DNA of 64,000 bases from Candidatus Latescibacterota bacterium (lineage in GTDB: Bacteria > Latescibacterota > UBA2968 > UBA8231), in assembly GCA_965248265.1 (NCBI GenBank), contig CBDFJF010000002.1:1888001-1952000 (forward strand), in the 5' to 3' direction. Shown here in pieces: positions 1 to 9,657 of this stretch. Every line of letters starts with the position of its first letter. Positions within the stretch are counted from its first letter, which is position 1. The position numbers and the translations under genes are program-made. The notes below the pieces were generated by a model. It ran no database searches and had not been told where the DNA came from. It saw nothing but the letters and a program-made list of their open reading frames with translations.

Positions 1-77
1 GTGGTCGGCCTGTCCGGTTGAAGATTAAAATGCGTTCGGCGAAGCTCTACGCGTTCCAGTTCGTGGAGGCCAGCTGA
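1..77 (+). CDS. 3' end of a beta-propeller glycosidase-like protein (partial at window edge)
   Basis: Frame from nt 3 reads GRPVRLKIKMRSAKLYAFQFVEAS*, matching the C-termini of 7969-9528 and 11993-13525. Confidence 0.85.
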   Translation, partial: GRPVRLKIKMRSAKLYAFQFVEAS

Positions 78-177
78 TGCCCTTCCGTACCTGCGCCGGT
101 CACAAGGCGCCCCCTGGCCTTCTCGGGAGAATGAGAATCTCGAGAAGGAGGGATTCATCAGATATGAGGGACAGGCG

Positions 178-2856
178 ATGAAGTGGGCATGGACAGCAGT
201 AGCGTTGTTGATGGCGGGACAGGCGTGGGCGCAGGACTCGGAGCTTTCACCGACGGCACACCGGACGGTTCCGACTGAACGTCCGAGCGAGAACATCGCC
301 CTCGGGGCGAGCTACACGATAGAGCCGAGTCCGAACTACAGGCTTTGCAGCGACCCCGGCGATTTCGAGCAACTGACCGATGGGGTCTGCACGGAGGGCT
401 ATTTCTGGGCGCAGCTGTCGACCGTGGGCTACCAGGAAAGGACGCCCTCCATGGTGACGATTGACCTGGGCGAGGTGAAGCCGATACGGGGGGTGTCCTA
501 CCACACCGCTGGGGGGTTTGCCGACGTGCTCTGGCCGCTGACGATCCGCATCCTCGTGGCGGGTGAAAATGAGGAGTTTCATGAGATTGGCGACCTGGTC
601 CAATTGAGCGAGGCACAGCACGGACCGCTCGCGCCGGTGAGGGCGACCGATGCCATGTGGGCGGTGGACACCGTCGGTTTCAGACAGGACCAGATCCACC
701 ATCACTACAACCTCAACCGGGATCGCTTCCCGGAGAAAATGACTCCCGAGGTTCGTGAGCAGGTCATCAAGGATGCCTACAAAACTCGAGCCGAGCAGTA
801 TGGGACGTACCGCTACTGGACAGACCGGCTGCGGACGCACGGGCGCTACGTCAGCCTGGTCGTGTGGAACGAGCCGTACACCTTCGTGGACGAGATCGAG
901 GTCTACGCTGGAGAGCCAGAGTGGGTGGATGAGCCGCTGCCGGGACCGGCCTTCCCGGACGTTGAGACGTATGCGGTCAGGCTCGCCATCGAGAGAGGAA
1001 TCCGGACCCGCCTGACGCAGGACATCGAGGCCTTGCGGCAGACGGCCGAAGACGGCATCCCGGCGCAGACACAGAGCGCTGTGTTGGGCGAGCTGGCGAC
1101 TGTGGAGGCGAATATGCGGCAGGCCAGCAGGGCGTTCGGCGATGACTTCGAGACCGTGCTGCCGCTGAACTCGTGGCACGAACGGGTCCTGCAAACTCAA
1201 GCCCGACTCTGGCGCGCCAGGGGATTGGAACCGCTCACGTTCTGGCGTTCGAACCTGTGGGATCCCCTACCCCTCATCGGCACGCCGGACACGACAGCGG
1301 ATCTGGCCGTCGACGTGCACCTGATGCGCAAGGAGCACCGAGCGGCCGCGTTCAATGTGAGCAACAGCAGTGACGAGCCGATGCAGGTCGCCTTCCGCTT
1401 GAGCGGGCTTCCCGGGGGCGACAATCCGGAGTACGTGACCGTTCACGAGGTGATCTGGACGGACACGCGCAGCGGCATGCCGGTCGCAGCCGCTCTACCA
1501 GAGATTACTGCTGACAGCGGTCTGTATGCGGTCTCCGTACCGTCGGGTATGACCCGACAGGTGTGGCTGACCTTCCATCCGGTCGACGTAGAACCCGGCA
1601 ACTACGAAGGTGAGGTGGTCGTAGAATTGACGCCCGGGGGCAAGCGGTTTCCCTTGCGCATGCACCTGTATCCGCTCGACTTCCCCAAGCATCAGTCGCT
1701 TCACATGGGCGGCTGGGACTATACGGACGCGGTCGGTTGGCACTCCCTCGTGACGGAGCAGAACCGGTCGCTCATCATTCAGCACCTGCGCGAACGGTTC
1801 GTGGACTCGCCGTGGGGCTCGCCTCGGCTGCTGGATCCGAGCTACCCGGATGTGCAGGGCACACATGATGCGCAGGGGGTGATGACGGCGCCCCCCAACA
1901 CGACCAGGTTCGATGCATGGCTCGAGTTGTGGCCGGGTGCAGCCCAGTACCTCGTGTTCTGGCAAGTGGGCGATCGTTTCACTTCGATGGGCGACAAGTA
2001 CAGATGGGCCATGGGCACACCGGAGTTCGAGACGGCGGTCAGGGACTGGGTGACCTTCTGGGCCGAGTACATGGTGTCGAAAGGGTTGCAGCCCGAACAG
2101 CTGGCCCTGTTGCTGGTGGACGAGCCCGACGAGCCCTTCCAGGACGAGCTCATCCTGGCCTGGGCGAAGCCGATCCGCGAAGCGGACACGGGAGTCCGCA
2201 TCTGGGAGGATGTGACCCACGACGACATGAACGAGGCGAACCAGGAGATGATCGACGCGTGCCACGTGTTGTGCCCGAACTACCAGGCCTTCGTGAGCAA
2301 GGGCGAGGACTATCGCAAATACTACCTGACGAAGCGGGATCAGGGGATCGCGCTGGAATTCTACTCGTCATGGCCGAGTCGAATTTTCGATCCGTACGCG
2401 GGCCGGCTGAATGCTTGGTCATGCTGGCGCTACGGGGCCGATGCCTTCTACATGTGGTCGCTGACGGACACGGGCCACGCGTCATCGTGGAACGAATACC
2501 TGACTATCAAGAATGCCTACGCCCCCATCTTCATCGATGAGGAGTCGGTGACGGCCGGCAAACACCTCGAGGCAGCGCGGGAAGGGGTGGAGGACTACGA
2601 GTATTTCGCGATGTTGGACCGGGCGATCCAGGAAGCGTCTGCTCAGGGGATGATGGGTCCGGAGGTGGAGGAGGCGCGTCGGTTGCTGGAGAGCCTGCCG
2701 ACCCGTGTCCTGGAGGCCGGGGGCCACGTGGATGGGCTCTACGACGACCAGCCGCTGAACGGCTTTCACTGGCTGAACGAGAAGGTGGACCGCACGTTGG
2801 CGGACGAGGCACGGATTCAGGTGTTGGCGGCGTTGACGGCGCTGGCTGAGCTCTGA
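178..2856 (+). CDS. Secreted discoidin-like plus GH123-like/DUF4091 protein, paralog 1
   Basis: Signal peptide MKW...AWA; NIALGASY/IDLG/VDEIEVY discoidin-like motifs; LLVDEP and REGVEDYEYF (DUF4091-like); three paralogs in window. Confidence 0.8.
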   Translation: MKWAWTAVALLMAGQAWAQDSELSPTAHRTVPTERPSENIALGASYTIEPSPNYRLCSDPGDFEQLTDGVCTEGYFWAQLSTVGYQERTPSMVTIDLGEVKPIRGVSYHTAGGFADVLWPLTIRILVAGENEEFHEIGDLVQLSEAQHGPLAPVRATDAMWAVDTVGFRQDQIHHHYNLNRDRFPEKMTPEVREQVIKDAYKTRAEQYGTYRYWTDRLRTHGRYVSLVVWNEPYTFVDEIEVYAGEPEWVDEPLPGPAFPDVETYAVRLAIERGIRTRLTQDIEALRQTAEDGIPAQTQSAVLGELATVEANMRQASRAFGDDFETVLPLNSWHERVLQTQARLWRARGLEPLTFWRSNLWDPLPLIGTPDTTADLAVDVHLMRKEHRAAAFNVSNSSDEPMQVAFRLSGLPGGDNPEYVTVHEVIWTDTRSGMPVAAALPEITADSGLYAVSVPSGMTRQVWLTFHPVDVEPGNYEGEVVVELTPGGKRFPLRMHLYPLDFPKHQSLHMGGWDYTDAVGWHSLVTEQNRSLIIQHLRERFVDSPWGSPRLLDPSYPDVQGTHDAQGVMTAPPNTTRFDAWLELWPGAAQYLVFWQVGDRFTSMGDKYRWAMGTPEFETAVRDWVTFWAEYMVSKGLQPEQLALLLVDEPDEPFQDELILAWAKPIREADTGVRIWEDVTHDDMNEANQEMIDACHVLCPNYQAFVSKGEDYRKYYLTKRDQGIALEFYSSWPSRIFDPYAGRLNAWSCWRYGADAFYMWSLTDTGHASSWNEYLTIKNAYAPIFIDEESVTAGKHLEAAREGVEDYEYFAMLDRAIQEASAQGMMGPEVEEARRLLESLPTRVLEAGGHVDGLYDDQPLNGFHWLNEKVDRTLADEARIQVLAALTALAEL

Positions 2857-3025
2857 GGTCAGGCGGTTCGCCAGGGTGCGCGGTGCCCGACTGGACAAGA
2901 CCGCTGATTTGGTCGCCCGGGGCGGGCCACCGACGGTTACAAACCTACCGTCAATTGTCGCTCCGTGACCCGCCAACCGCATCACTCGACGTGGTTCGAC
3001 CGCTGAGGCTCGTGTTCGAGTGGGC

Positions 3026-3066
3026 TTGACAGTGTAACCCTGCTTCGTATATCCTAAGTATATACA
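3026..3066 (+). promoter_or_regulatory. sigma70-like promoter with palindromic TA operator
   Basis: TTGACA at 3026-3031, TATCCT at 3050-3055, inverted repeat GTATAT-N7-ATATAC (3047-3065) just upstream of the antitoxin RBS. Confidence 0.6.
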
Positions 3067-3082
3067 TTCAAGGAGAGCCGAC

Positions 3083-3328
3083 ATGCCCAAAGTGCAGAAG
3101 TGGGGGAACAGTCAGGGACTGAGATTCCCCAAGGATGTTTTGGAACAAGCACGGATCGACGTTGGTGACGAAGTCGAAATCTCGGTCGAGAATCGTGCCA
3201 TCGTTGTCCGTGCCAGGGGCCGAGCGGGGAGCAAGCACAACCTCGAGAAGCTTGTCGCCAAAATGCCAAAGCAGTACAAGCCGGTCGAAGAAGACTGGGG
3301 CGATGCGGTGGGAAAGGAAACCTGGTAG
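3083..3328 (+). CDS. mazE: AbrB/MazE family antitoxin
   Basis: KVQKWGNSQGLRFPK N-terminus and DWG..VGKE.W C-terminus; abuts the toxin gene. Confidence 0.93.
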   Translation: MPKVQKWGNSQGLRFPKDVLEQARIDVGDEVEISVENRAIVVRARGRAGSKHNLEKLVAKMPKQYKPVEEDWGDAVGKETW

Positions 3329-3667
3329 GTGGCTGCGTACAAGCCCAAGCAGGGAGACTTTGTCGGACTGAGCTTCGACCCCCAATCTGGCCATGAACAG
3401 AAGGGCCACAGACCGGCCCTCGTGGTCAGCCGCGACCTCTTCAATCGACGCACGGGTCTGGCCATCGTCTGCCCCATCACCAAGACCGACCGGCGAATGC
3501 CGTTTCATGTCGCCATTCCAGATGATCTACCGCTGACAGGCTTTGTGATGGTTGAGCAGGTCAAGTCGGTAGACTACTCCAGCCGGCGTGCCCACCGAAT
3601 TGGACATGCGACACCCGACGTGATGGATGAGGTTCTGGCCATACTCGACTCCTGTATCTACGAATGA
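3329..3667 (+). CDS. mazF: MazF/PemK family endoribonuclease toxin
   Basis: FDPQSGHEQKGHRPALVVS, CPIT and EQVKSVD motifs. Confidence 0.93.
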   Translation: MAAYKPKQGDFVGLSFDPQSGHEQKGHRPALVVSRDLFNRRTGLAIVCPITKTDRRMPFHVAIPDDLPLTGFVMVEQVKSVDYSSRRAHRIGHATPDVMDEVLAILDSCIYE

Positions 3668-3716
3668 AAAGCGCCGCGAAGCCGATCGCGACTCGTGGTG
3701 ATGTGCGGCGAACTGG

Positions 3717-4021
3717 CTCATCTGCCCACCCTCCGGCACCTCACCGACGAGCCGCAGATAGGTCCCGAAGTTCGATACGCGCCCGAAGGTTACTTCCGCC
3801 CCGTCGCCGGTCAGTCTGAAGCGCGTCCCCTCGTCGCACCACCGCATTCCGTCCGGCGAAATCTGGACTCGCGCCTCCGCCGTTTCGACCGGCCCGCCCG
3901 ACTCCAGTACGCGGACGTAGAAGATGGCCTCCGATGCCCACGCCGCCTCGTAGGGCTCGGTCTCGAAGGCCCCGGCCCAGACGACATCGCGCTCCAACAC
4001 TGTTGTGTGGCTCTGCCTCAT
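3717..4021 (-). pseudogene. 3'-truncated paralog of the 53026-53361 hypothetical protein
   Basis: Near-identical protein up to GEVPEGG, then the RVIVYLAMKS tail is replaced by unrelated sequence. Confidence 0.75.
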
Positions 4022-4039
4022 GTCACACCGAAACCTCGC

Positions 4040-4078
4040 TCAGAAGTCCCCCGACAGCGTCACCGAATCCGCGTACAA
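4040..4078 (-). pseudogene. Last codons of a paralog of 52187-53011
   Basis: Reads LYADSVTLSGDF* versus LYVDSVTLSGDF* in the intact gene; same downstream neighbour. Confidence 0.75.
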
Positions 4079-4316
4079 GGGCCCTTTTTTCCTGACGGAG
4101 GTATGTGGCAGGTCGGGCTTGAAAACGACAGTGGGTAGGATTGGTTACACTGTATTGCGTAATCGGCGTATTGCGTAATCGGCCGATCTGTTGCTGATTT
4201 CGTTTCAAGGCCCTGCTCGTCGCGAGTGTGGTGTTCGGCGTACGGTTCGACCGAGGATCTCCTGCTCTCAGCTGCGGTCTCGGCAGGTACAGTCGTCCGA
4301 TAATGCCTCTTGGTCT
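4072..4316. repeat. 245-bp dispersed element, copy 1
   Basis: Matches 9807-10051 with one mismatch seen; contains tandem GTATTGCGTAATCGGC x2 (4152-4183). Confidence 0.95.
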
Positions 4317-4438
4317 TGCAGGTGACGGGCGTGGATCCAAGCGTGTGCCCTGCGTGCGGCCAAGGACGTATGCACACTGTGCAGATTCTCAGCCCATCGG
4401 AACAGCGCGCACCACCTGAATGGCGTCAATCGGCATGA
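4316..4438 (+). pseudogene. IS91-family transposase C-terminal remnant
   Basis: LQVTGVDPSVCPACGQGRM...RAPP...*, the typical CPxC/RAPP tail of IS91-type transposases. Confidence 0.65.
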
Positions 4439-4489
4439 GCACGAAGAATTCAATGGAACATCTCCAGGCGACGGACAGACCGTGCCTTC

Positions 4490-4837
4490 TTGCCTCTACA
4501 CGGAGCGGTATATCATCTTTTCCTGCACTTTCGCGACCAAGGAACGCTCAGAAAGGCGCCTTTTGATCGGCTTTATCCTCGGCTGATGCAATCATCAACC
4601 GAGCGGGGCGTATCCCTGCGCGCCGTCTTCTGCGGGCTCGATGAGGTAGTTTGGACCGTCTACGATCTGGACCGGCCAGGGTACCGACCCGCCTTGATAG
4701 AAAAACCGGCTTTCGATCAACCGGGTGTATGCGTGGCGAGTCATGGCAGCAATTTGATTGCATATCATCCGCCGAACGCCGACGGGCGCGGTGAATCAAA
4801 CGGGCAGCTGAAGGTGTATGCACTCGACACCGGGTAG
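4490..4837 (+). pseudogene. 5'-truncated hypothetical ORF, probable integron cassette remnant
   Basis: Open frame without a good start or RBS, stopping 10 bp before an attC-like site. Confidence 0.5.
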
Positions 4838-4847
4838 TTGCCACATC

Positions 4848-4937
4848 ATTTAACAACCGGTTGCCACTACGCCGCCTTGGGCGGCTTGGCCTTCGGCAAC
4901 TCGCTTCGCGACTTCGGCAACCGGCAAAACGTTACGC
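4848..4937 (+). other. Integron attC-like site (90 bp)
   Basis: ATTTAAC ... GTTACGC boxes with inner inverted repeat CCGGTTGCC (4857-4865) / GGCAACCGG (4916-4924). Confidence 0.7.
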
Positions 4938-4991
4938 GAAAAATGAAGTTGCTGTTCAATCAGTAGTTCGACAGAAAGCGAAGGGGCAGAC

Positions 4992-6551
4992 ATGCTCACA
5001 CTCAAACAATCCATGGAATTGGCAGGGACAAATCTGCTTCACAGCCTTCTGCCCCACGATGACTACCTGCCACTGTGGTCGGTCAAGATTGACCGTGATA
5101 TGCGAGCTCAGTGCAACTTGGCCTCGCCTGAACACAACATTGGAAGATGGTGGGATGCCTTGCTGCGACTGGAGGCGGCCACGGGTTTTGCGATTCCGGC
5201 CGAGATGGAAGCGGCCATGCTTCTACATCTCGAAAACTGCCTGGACAATCCATTGTCGATCTGCGGACCACTGAACAAAAAGGCAGACTGCTTCGATCAT
5301 CACTCACAGCGCGAAGTCCTCCTGGCCCTCGCAGGGCTGGTGCGCTACCGCGACAGCAAGTGGGCGACGGCTACGGGCACCCGAATGATCCGAGCCCTCG
5401 ACCGGTACATCGACGACGAAGGGACGTGGAATATCCAGATGATGTCCGACTTAGCGCGGCGGGGGGAACGCCCCATCGAGCCGGAACACATCGCAGAAAT
5501 AAGGGGAATGGGATCCGCAGGTGTCGTGCTCGCCTTGAGTCACGGCCGGATGATCGAGGGGCTTGTGGAATTCCACGCCGCGACCGGGAGCGAGGATGCC
5601 ATTAGACTGGCGGACCGACTGGCACGGTTCCATCTCGAAGCAACGACGCTCCCCGACGGCTCGGTCCCCGACACCGAGGGGTATGTCCACACGCATTCCC
5701 TGTTCGGAACCTACCGCGGACTCCTGATGTACGGTCGCCTGACCCGTCAGCATGAGTATGTTGAGCGCATTGCGAGAACCTATGCCTTAACTGTCCGTAC
5801 CCACGTGAAGCAATCCGGATTCATCTCCCACGATTGGGGCAGCGACAACAGGGGCGAAACCACGTCGCCGGGCGATGCAGCCCAGTTGGCGCTGTGGCTT
5901 GCCCAGTTCGGCTACAGCGAATTTCTGGACGACGCAGAACGGATCGTCCGCGCCCGCATTCTTCCTTCGCAGATTACCGCGCCGCTTGGTCTGAAACCGG
6001 CTGCGGATGACGAGGACGAGCATGCCAATCTCGATGACCGGGCTATCGGCGCTTTCGGGGGCATGCACCACCATCCCCACGGGGGAAAGCGGCCGACCAC
6101 GGACATCACGGCGGCGGACCTGCACACCCTGTGCGATATCTTCACTCACATCGTGGAAGAGACGGGGATGGGACTGGTGGTCAATTTCCATTTCGACTAT
6201 GAAGACGGGAGGATACGCGTCGAGGATAACCGTGGAGATGTCGGCCGACTCACGATCCAGCCCAAGGTCGCACAGCCGGTGTGCATCCGAATCCCCGGTT
6301 GGGCCTCGATGGAATCCATACGGCTCGCGGTGAACGGCCAGCCCAGCCACGTATCCCGAATCGGCAACTTCCTGTTCGTGCCACGGCACGAACCACCGGT
6401 GCGGATTACGGTCGAGTATGGACTGCCGGTTCAGACGATTGACGAGAGCACAGACGGCGTCGACTATCGGATCACCTGGCGGGGCGACGATGTCATCGGG
6501 ATTGCACCGAACACGGACTTCCTTCCCTTCTATGCTACGGCATCCGAATAG
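4992..6551 (+). CDS. GH127 (beta-L-arabinofuranosidase)-like protein in a putative gene cassette
   Basis: Helical-barrel motifs (HTHS, GET, FLDDAERIVR) and C-terminal IRIPGWA...VNG beta-sandwich; followed by attC. Confidence 0.65.
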   Translation: MLTLKQSMELAGTNLLHSLLPHDDYLPLWSVKIDRDMRAQCNLASPEHNIGRWWDALLRLEAATGFAIPAEMEAAMLLHLENCLDNPLSICGPLNKKADCFDHHSQREVLLALAGLVRYRDSKWATATGTRMIRALDRYIDDEGTWNIQMMSDLARRGERPIEPEHIAEIRGMGSAGVVLALSHGRMIEGLVEFHAATGSEDAIRLADRLARFHLEATTLPDGSVPDTEGYVHTHSLFGTYRGLLMYGRLTRQHEYVERIARTYALTVRTHVKQSGFISHDWGSDNRGETTSPGDAAQLALWLAQFGYSEFLDDAERIVRARILPSQITAPLGLKPAADDEDEHANLDDRAIGAFGGMHHHPHGGKRPTTDITAADLHTLCDIFTHIVEETGMGLVVNFHFDYEDGRIRVEDNRGDVGRLTIQPKVAQPVCIRIPGWASMESIRLAVNGQPSHVSRIGNFLFVPRHEPPVRITVEYGLPVQTIDESTDGVDYRITWRGDDVIGIAPNTDFLPFYATASE

Positions 6552-6580
6552 CCGTCGCGGTCAGATGAATAGAGGCCAAT

Positions 6581-6639
6581 GTCGAACAACCGGGTCGAGG
6601 CGACGCGGCGGACCGAGCGCCTCACCCGTAGCGTCAAAT
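6581..6639 (+). other. Integron attC site (59 bp)
   Basis: GTCGAAC R'' box; CGGGT(C)GAGGCG pairs with CGCCTCACCCG leaving one extrahelical base; R' degenerate (GTCAAAT). Confidence 0.75.
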
Positions 6640-6660
6640 CGAATCTGGAAGTCATTCTTC

Positions 6661-6690
6661 GCGTAACACCTGGTTTTCGCTGCGGCGCGA
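6661..6690 (+). other. Left part of an interrupted attC site
   Basis: TTCGCGTAAC (6658-6667) is the exact reverse complement of GTTACGCGAA (4931-4940); right half missing. Confidence 0.55.
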
Positions 6691-6696
6691 CGTATA

Positions 6697-7929
6697 GGTA
6701 CAATGAAAGCGCTTGTGCACCGCTGAGCATGTGTGGGGATCTTTGGAGCAGGCGGATACCCATAGTTGAGGAGGTGCACGGCATGCTATACGCGGCAGTG
6801 GATGGACACACGAAGCGTTCCCAGATCACGGTGATGGATGAGGCAGGGGTGGTCATAAAGCGGACTCAAGTGGCGAGTTCACGAGCCGGCATCCACGGTG
6901 CTCTGGGACAATACCGACGCCCGGTGAAGTCTGTAGTGGAGGCCAGCTACAACTGGGGTCCTCTGTACGATTGGCTGGAGGAGGTCTCGGAAGAGGTAGT
7001 GCTGGCTCATCCCGCCAAGTACGGGCCATTGCCGAAGCGCGCATCAAGACCGACAAAATCGATTCGGAGACCCTGGCGCATCTGTTGCGCTCTGATCTGA
7101 TCCCGGCAGCCTATGCGCCGTCCAAGGACATCCGATCGGTCAAACGCGTACTTCGCCAACGAATGTTTCTGGTGCGGGTCCGGACCATGGTCAAGAACCG
7201 GATTCGTGCGTTGCTGGCGCAGCATCCACTGGAGCCGCCGTCGGTCAGTGATCTGTACGGCAAGGTAGGGATGCGCTGGTTGATGGGCCTGCAGCTGCCG
7301 GACCCAGATGGTTGGCTGCTGCGCGAGGACCTGGAGCTGTTGGAGGGGTTGCACGAACGCATCGGTCAGACCGACGTGCTCATCGAGATGCTCTCTGAGG
7401 GCGATGAGGCCGTGCGCTGGCTGAAGAGTCTGCCTGGCATCGGAGACTTTTTCTCGGTGTTGATCCGCTACGAAGTCGATGTCATGACCCGCTTCAGAAC
7501 GGCCAAAAAGTTTGCTGGCTATACCGGCCTGGTACCCTCGACCTACAGCTCGGGGACCCGGACGTTTCACGGTCGCTTGACCAAGCAGGGCAACAAATGG
7601 TTGCGCTGGGCCTTCATCGAGGCGGTCAGTCCGGCCACACGTCGTTCGCCGTGGTTGCGGCGGTATTATCAGCGCGTCAAGACGCGGCGTGGCGCGAAGG
7701 ACGCGCGCACGGCTACGGCGCGCAAGTTGGCCGAGCTTGCGTGGAACGTATGGAGTGAACAACGATGCTATGAGGAACGCTAAACGCGGTTTCGGGATCC
7801 CGGTTGCCCTCAGTACGTCCTGGGCGTAAGGCCCCTCGTATAGGTTAGGGAGCCGTGGGTCCCACCTGTATGGTGTGTGTCGGCCAGTGCGTCGGGAATC
7901 TGCCATATGAGCGACCGGACAACCGGACC
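6697..7929 (+). mobile_element. IS110-family insertion sequence (ends approximate, right end probably truncated)
   Basis: Transposase with TACAAT -10 box at the left end and a ~145-bp 3' non-coding region. Confidence 0.75.
6783..7783 (+). pseudogene. IS110 transposase with a 1-nt frameshift near 7018
   Basis: YAAVDGH, VVEAS, HPAK then frame change to VRAIAEARIKTDKIDS; SLPGIG, GLVPSTYSSG, KQGNKWLRWA; RBS GAGGAGG. Confidence 0.9.
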
Positions 7930-7968
7930 GCCGTGCCTTTTCAAGAATCGCCGCTCGGCGCACCCCCT

Positions 7969-9528
7969 TCAGCCGGCCTCCACAAACTGGAACGCGTAGA
8001 GCTTCGCTGAGCGCATCGTGACGCGCATCCGGACAGGCCGGCCACTCAGTGAGCCGACGTCCGGGCCGCCCCGCCACCAGACCTCCTGTGCGACACCGTT
8101 CCGGTCGACCGACACGGCGTCCTGGAACGTGTACCCGGGCAACGGCTTCCCGGTTTCGTCCTGGAGTTCGACCCACGCTTCGCCCGTCGCGCCGCAGTCG
8201 ATGTTCAGCTGCAGACGGCTCCCAGCGAACTCGATCGGCGGCGTCACAAACCAACCGTCCTCCGGCCCTGCATCTACCGAGACGAAACCGTCCAGACGCT
8301 GTTTGGCCTGCCAGATGCGCACGTCCGTGTCAGGGGTTCCGTGGGTGGTCGCTGCCTCGGTGTAGTACTGGTAGACGAAGTTGCCTCGCCGGATCAGGCC
8401 CACCCCCATGTAGACTGATCCTCCGAGGTGCGGCTCGTCTATCAGACCAAGACCAACGTAGGGCGTGCGGAACCGTTCGAATGTGACGCCGTCGCGGCTC
8501 ACGGCGAGCTGCACCTCCACTGGGCCGTCTTTCGGGTTCTGCCCTCGATGGTCCCGCCCATGGCTGTCCTGCTCGCCGTATTGGCGGAACATGGATGGGA
8601 AGGCAAAGATGGCGTCGTCCGCCCATACGTACGGGTTGACGCAGGGCGTGTAGACGTCCGTGGCCGGCGGATCACGCTCGTCACCCGCCATGACCACCGG
8701 CGCGCACTGCGGCGGCAGCCGGTCGTAAAGCCCGACCGGGCTCCTGGGAAGCGTCGTGTCCTCATGGAAGTCGAACGGCAACTGCGTGAGCTCGGGCGAA
8801 GTCAGGCGGGCGACCGTCCGCCTTCTCCCCCAGCCCGGGCCCCACGTACCCGCGGCCGCCGCGCCGCGCAGATATGCAACGTAGGCGCCGGCGCCGGCAT
8901 CGTAGAGGACCTGGTTCTGCGTGTCGCAGCGGAAGGGAACCACGACGCCGCTGCGCAGTCGGCGCCACGATATGCCATCCTCCGAATGGAGCAGGTACAC
9001 CGCGCCGTGGACGTGGACTTTCCGGCCGTCGTCGAAATAGCCGTAGTACGTTTCCCGGGCTTCGTCCCAGATGGGCGGCTCGGTGCGCTCGCCCAGCGAT
9101 CCCGCGAACCAGAATCGGCAGCCGCATGTCTCCCGGGGATCGAGGAACGGCGTGCCGACCGCACCGGGCATGACCACGTTGTTCTGAGCCAATCCCGCCA
9201 CCTCGAACCGGTCCACCTGCGCCAGTTCCCAGTCGATGCCGTCGCCCGAGTACGCCAGGCAGCACATGCAATTTAGCTGATCAGACGCCTCGTTCGGCAT
9301 CATCTCGATCGGCATCATGAGGTAGTACAGCCACAGACGTCCGTCGACGTCGAGTACCGTCAAACCGCCGGCGTGCTGCAGACCGCGGAGGGACGGCAGA
9401 TTGACTGGTGTACGCTGAAGGGGGAGATTGACCGTGAACTGCAGGCCCTCGGAAGACTCGACGAAGCGACGGTCAAACAGAAGCTGTTTGCGTGTCCCGA
9501 CAGGCCATACCTGAGTTGCGTGTGCCAT
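7969..9528 (-). CDS. Beta-propeller glycosidase-like protein (GH32/43/130-like)
   Basis: QLLFDRRFVE, AYSGDGIDW, CDTQN, VSRDG, RLDGFVSV...KLYAFQF; RBS AGGAG before ATG 9528. Confidence 0.75.
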   Translation of the reverse strand: MAHATQVWPVGTRKQLLFDRRFVESSEGLQFTVNLPLQRTPVNLPSLRGLQHAGGLTVLDVDGRLWLYYLMMPIEMMPNEASDQLNCMCCLAYSGDGIDWELAQVDRFEVAGLAQNNVVMPGAVGTPFLDPRETCGCRFWFAGSLGERTEPPIWDEARETYYGYFDDGRKVHVHGAVYLLHSEDGISWRRLRSGVVVPFRCDTQNQVLYDAGAGAYVAYLRGAAAAGTWGPGWGRRRTVARLTSPELTQLPFDFHEDTTLPRSPVGLYDRLPPQCAPVVMAGDERDPPATDVYTPCVNPYVWADDAIFAFPSMFRQYGEQDSHGRDHRGQNPKDGPVEVQLAVSRDGVTFERFRTPYVGLGLIDEPHLGGSVYMGVGLIRRGNFVYQYYTEAATTHGTPDTDVRIWQAKQRLDGFVSVDAGPEDGWFVTPPIEFAGSRLQLNIDCGATGEAWVELQDETGKPLPGYTFQDAVSVDRNGVAQEVWWRGGPDVGSLSGRPVRMRVTMRSAKLYAFQFVEAG

Positions 9529-9657
9529 GGTCCTCTCCTTCTCCCGGGGTTCCCGTAGGGCCGCCGTTACCGAGACGGCGTGCCGTTCGATGTGCATTCT
9601 ATGCGGTCGGCAGGCCGTGTCAATGGCTGTCTTCGGCATAGCGTAGTAATACGTCGC

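Noticed and set aside
2860-2970. IS5-like transposase tail (RRF...LDKTA)
   Set aside because: Similarity too weak and no terminal inverted repeat found
7010-7025. Programmed frameshift in the IS110 transposase
   Set aside because: No slippery run; a single missing base in AAG-GTA explains it, so mutation or sequencing error is more likely
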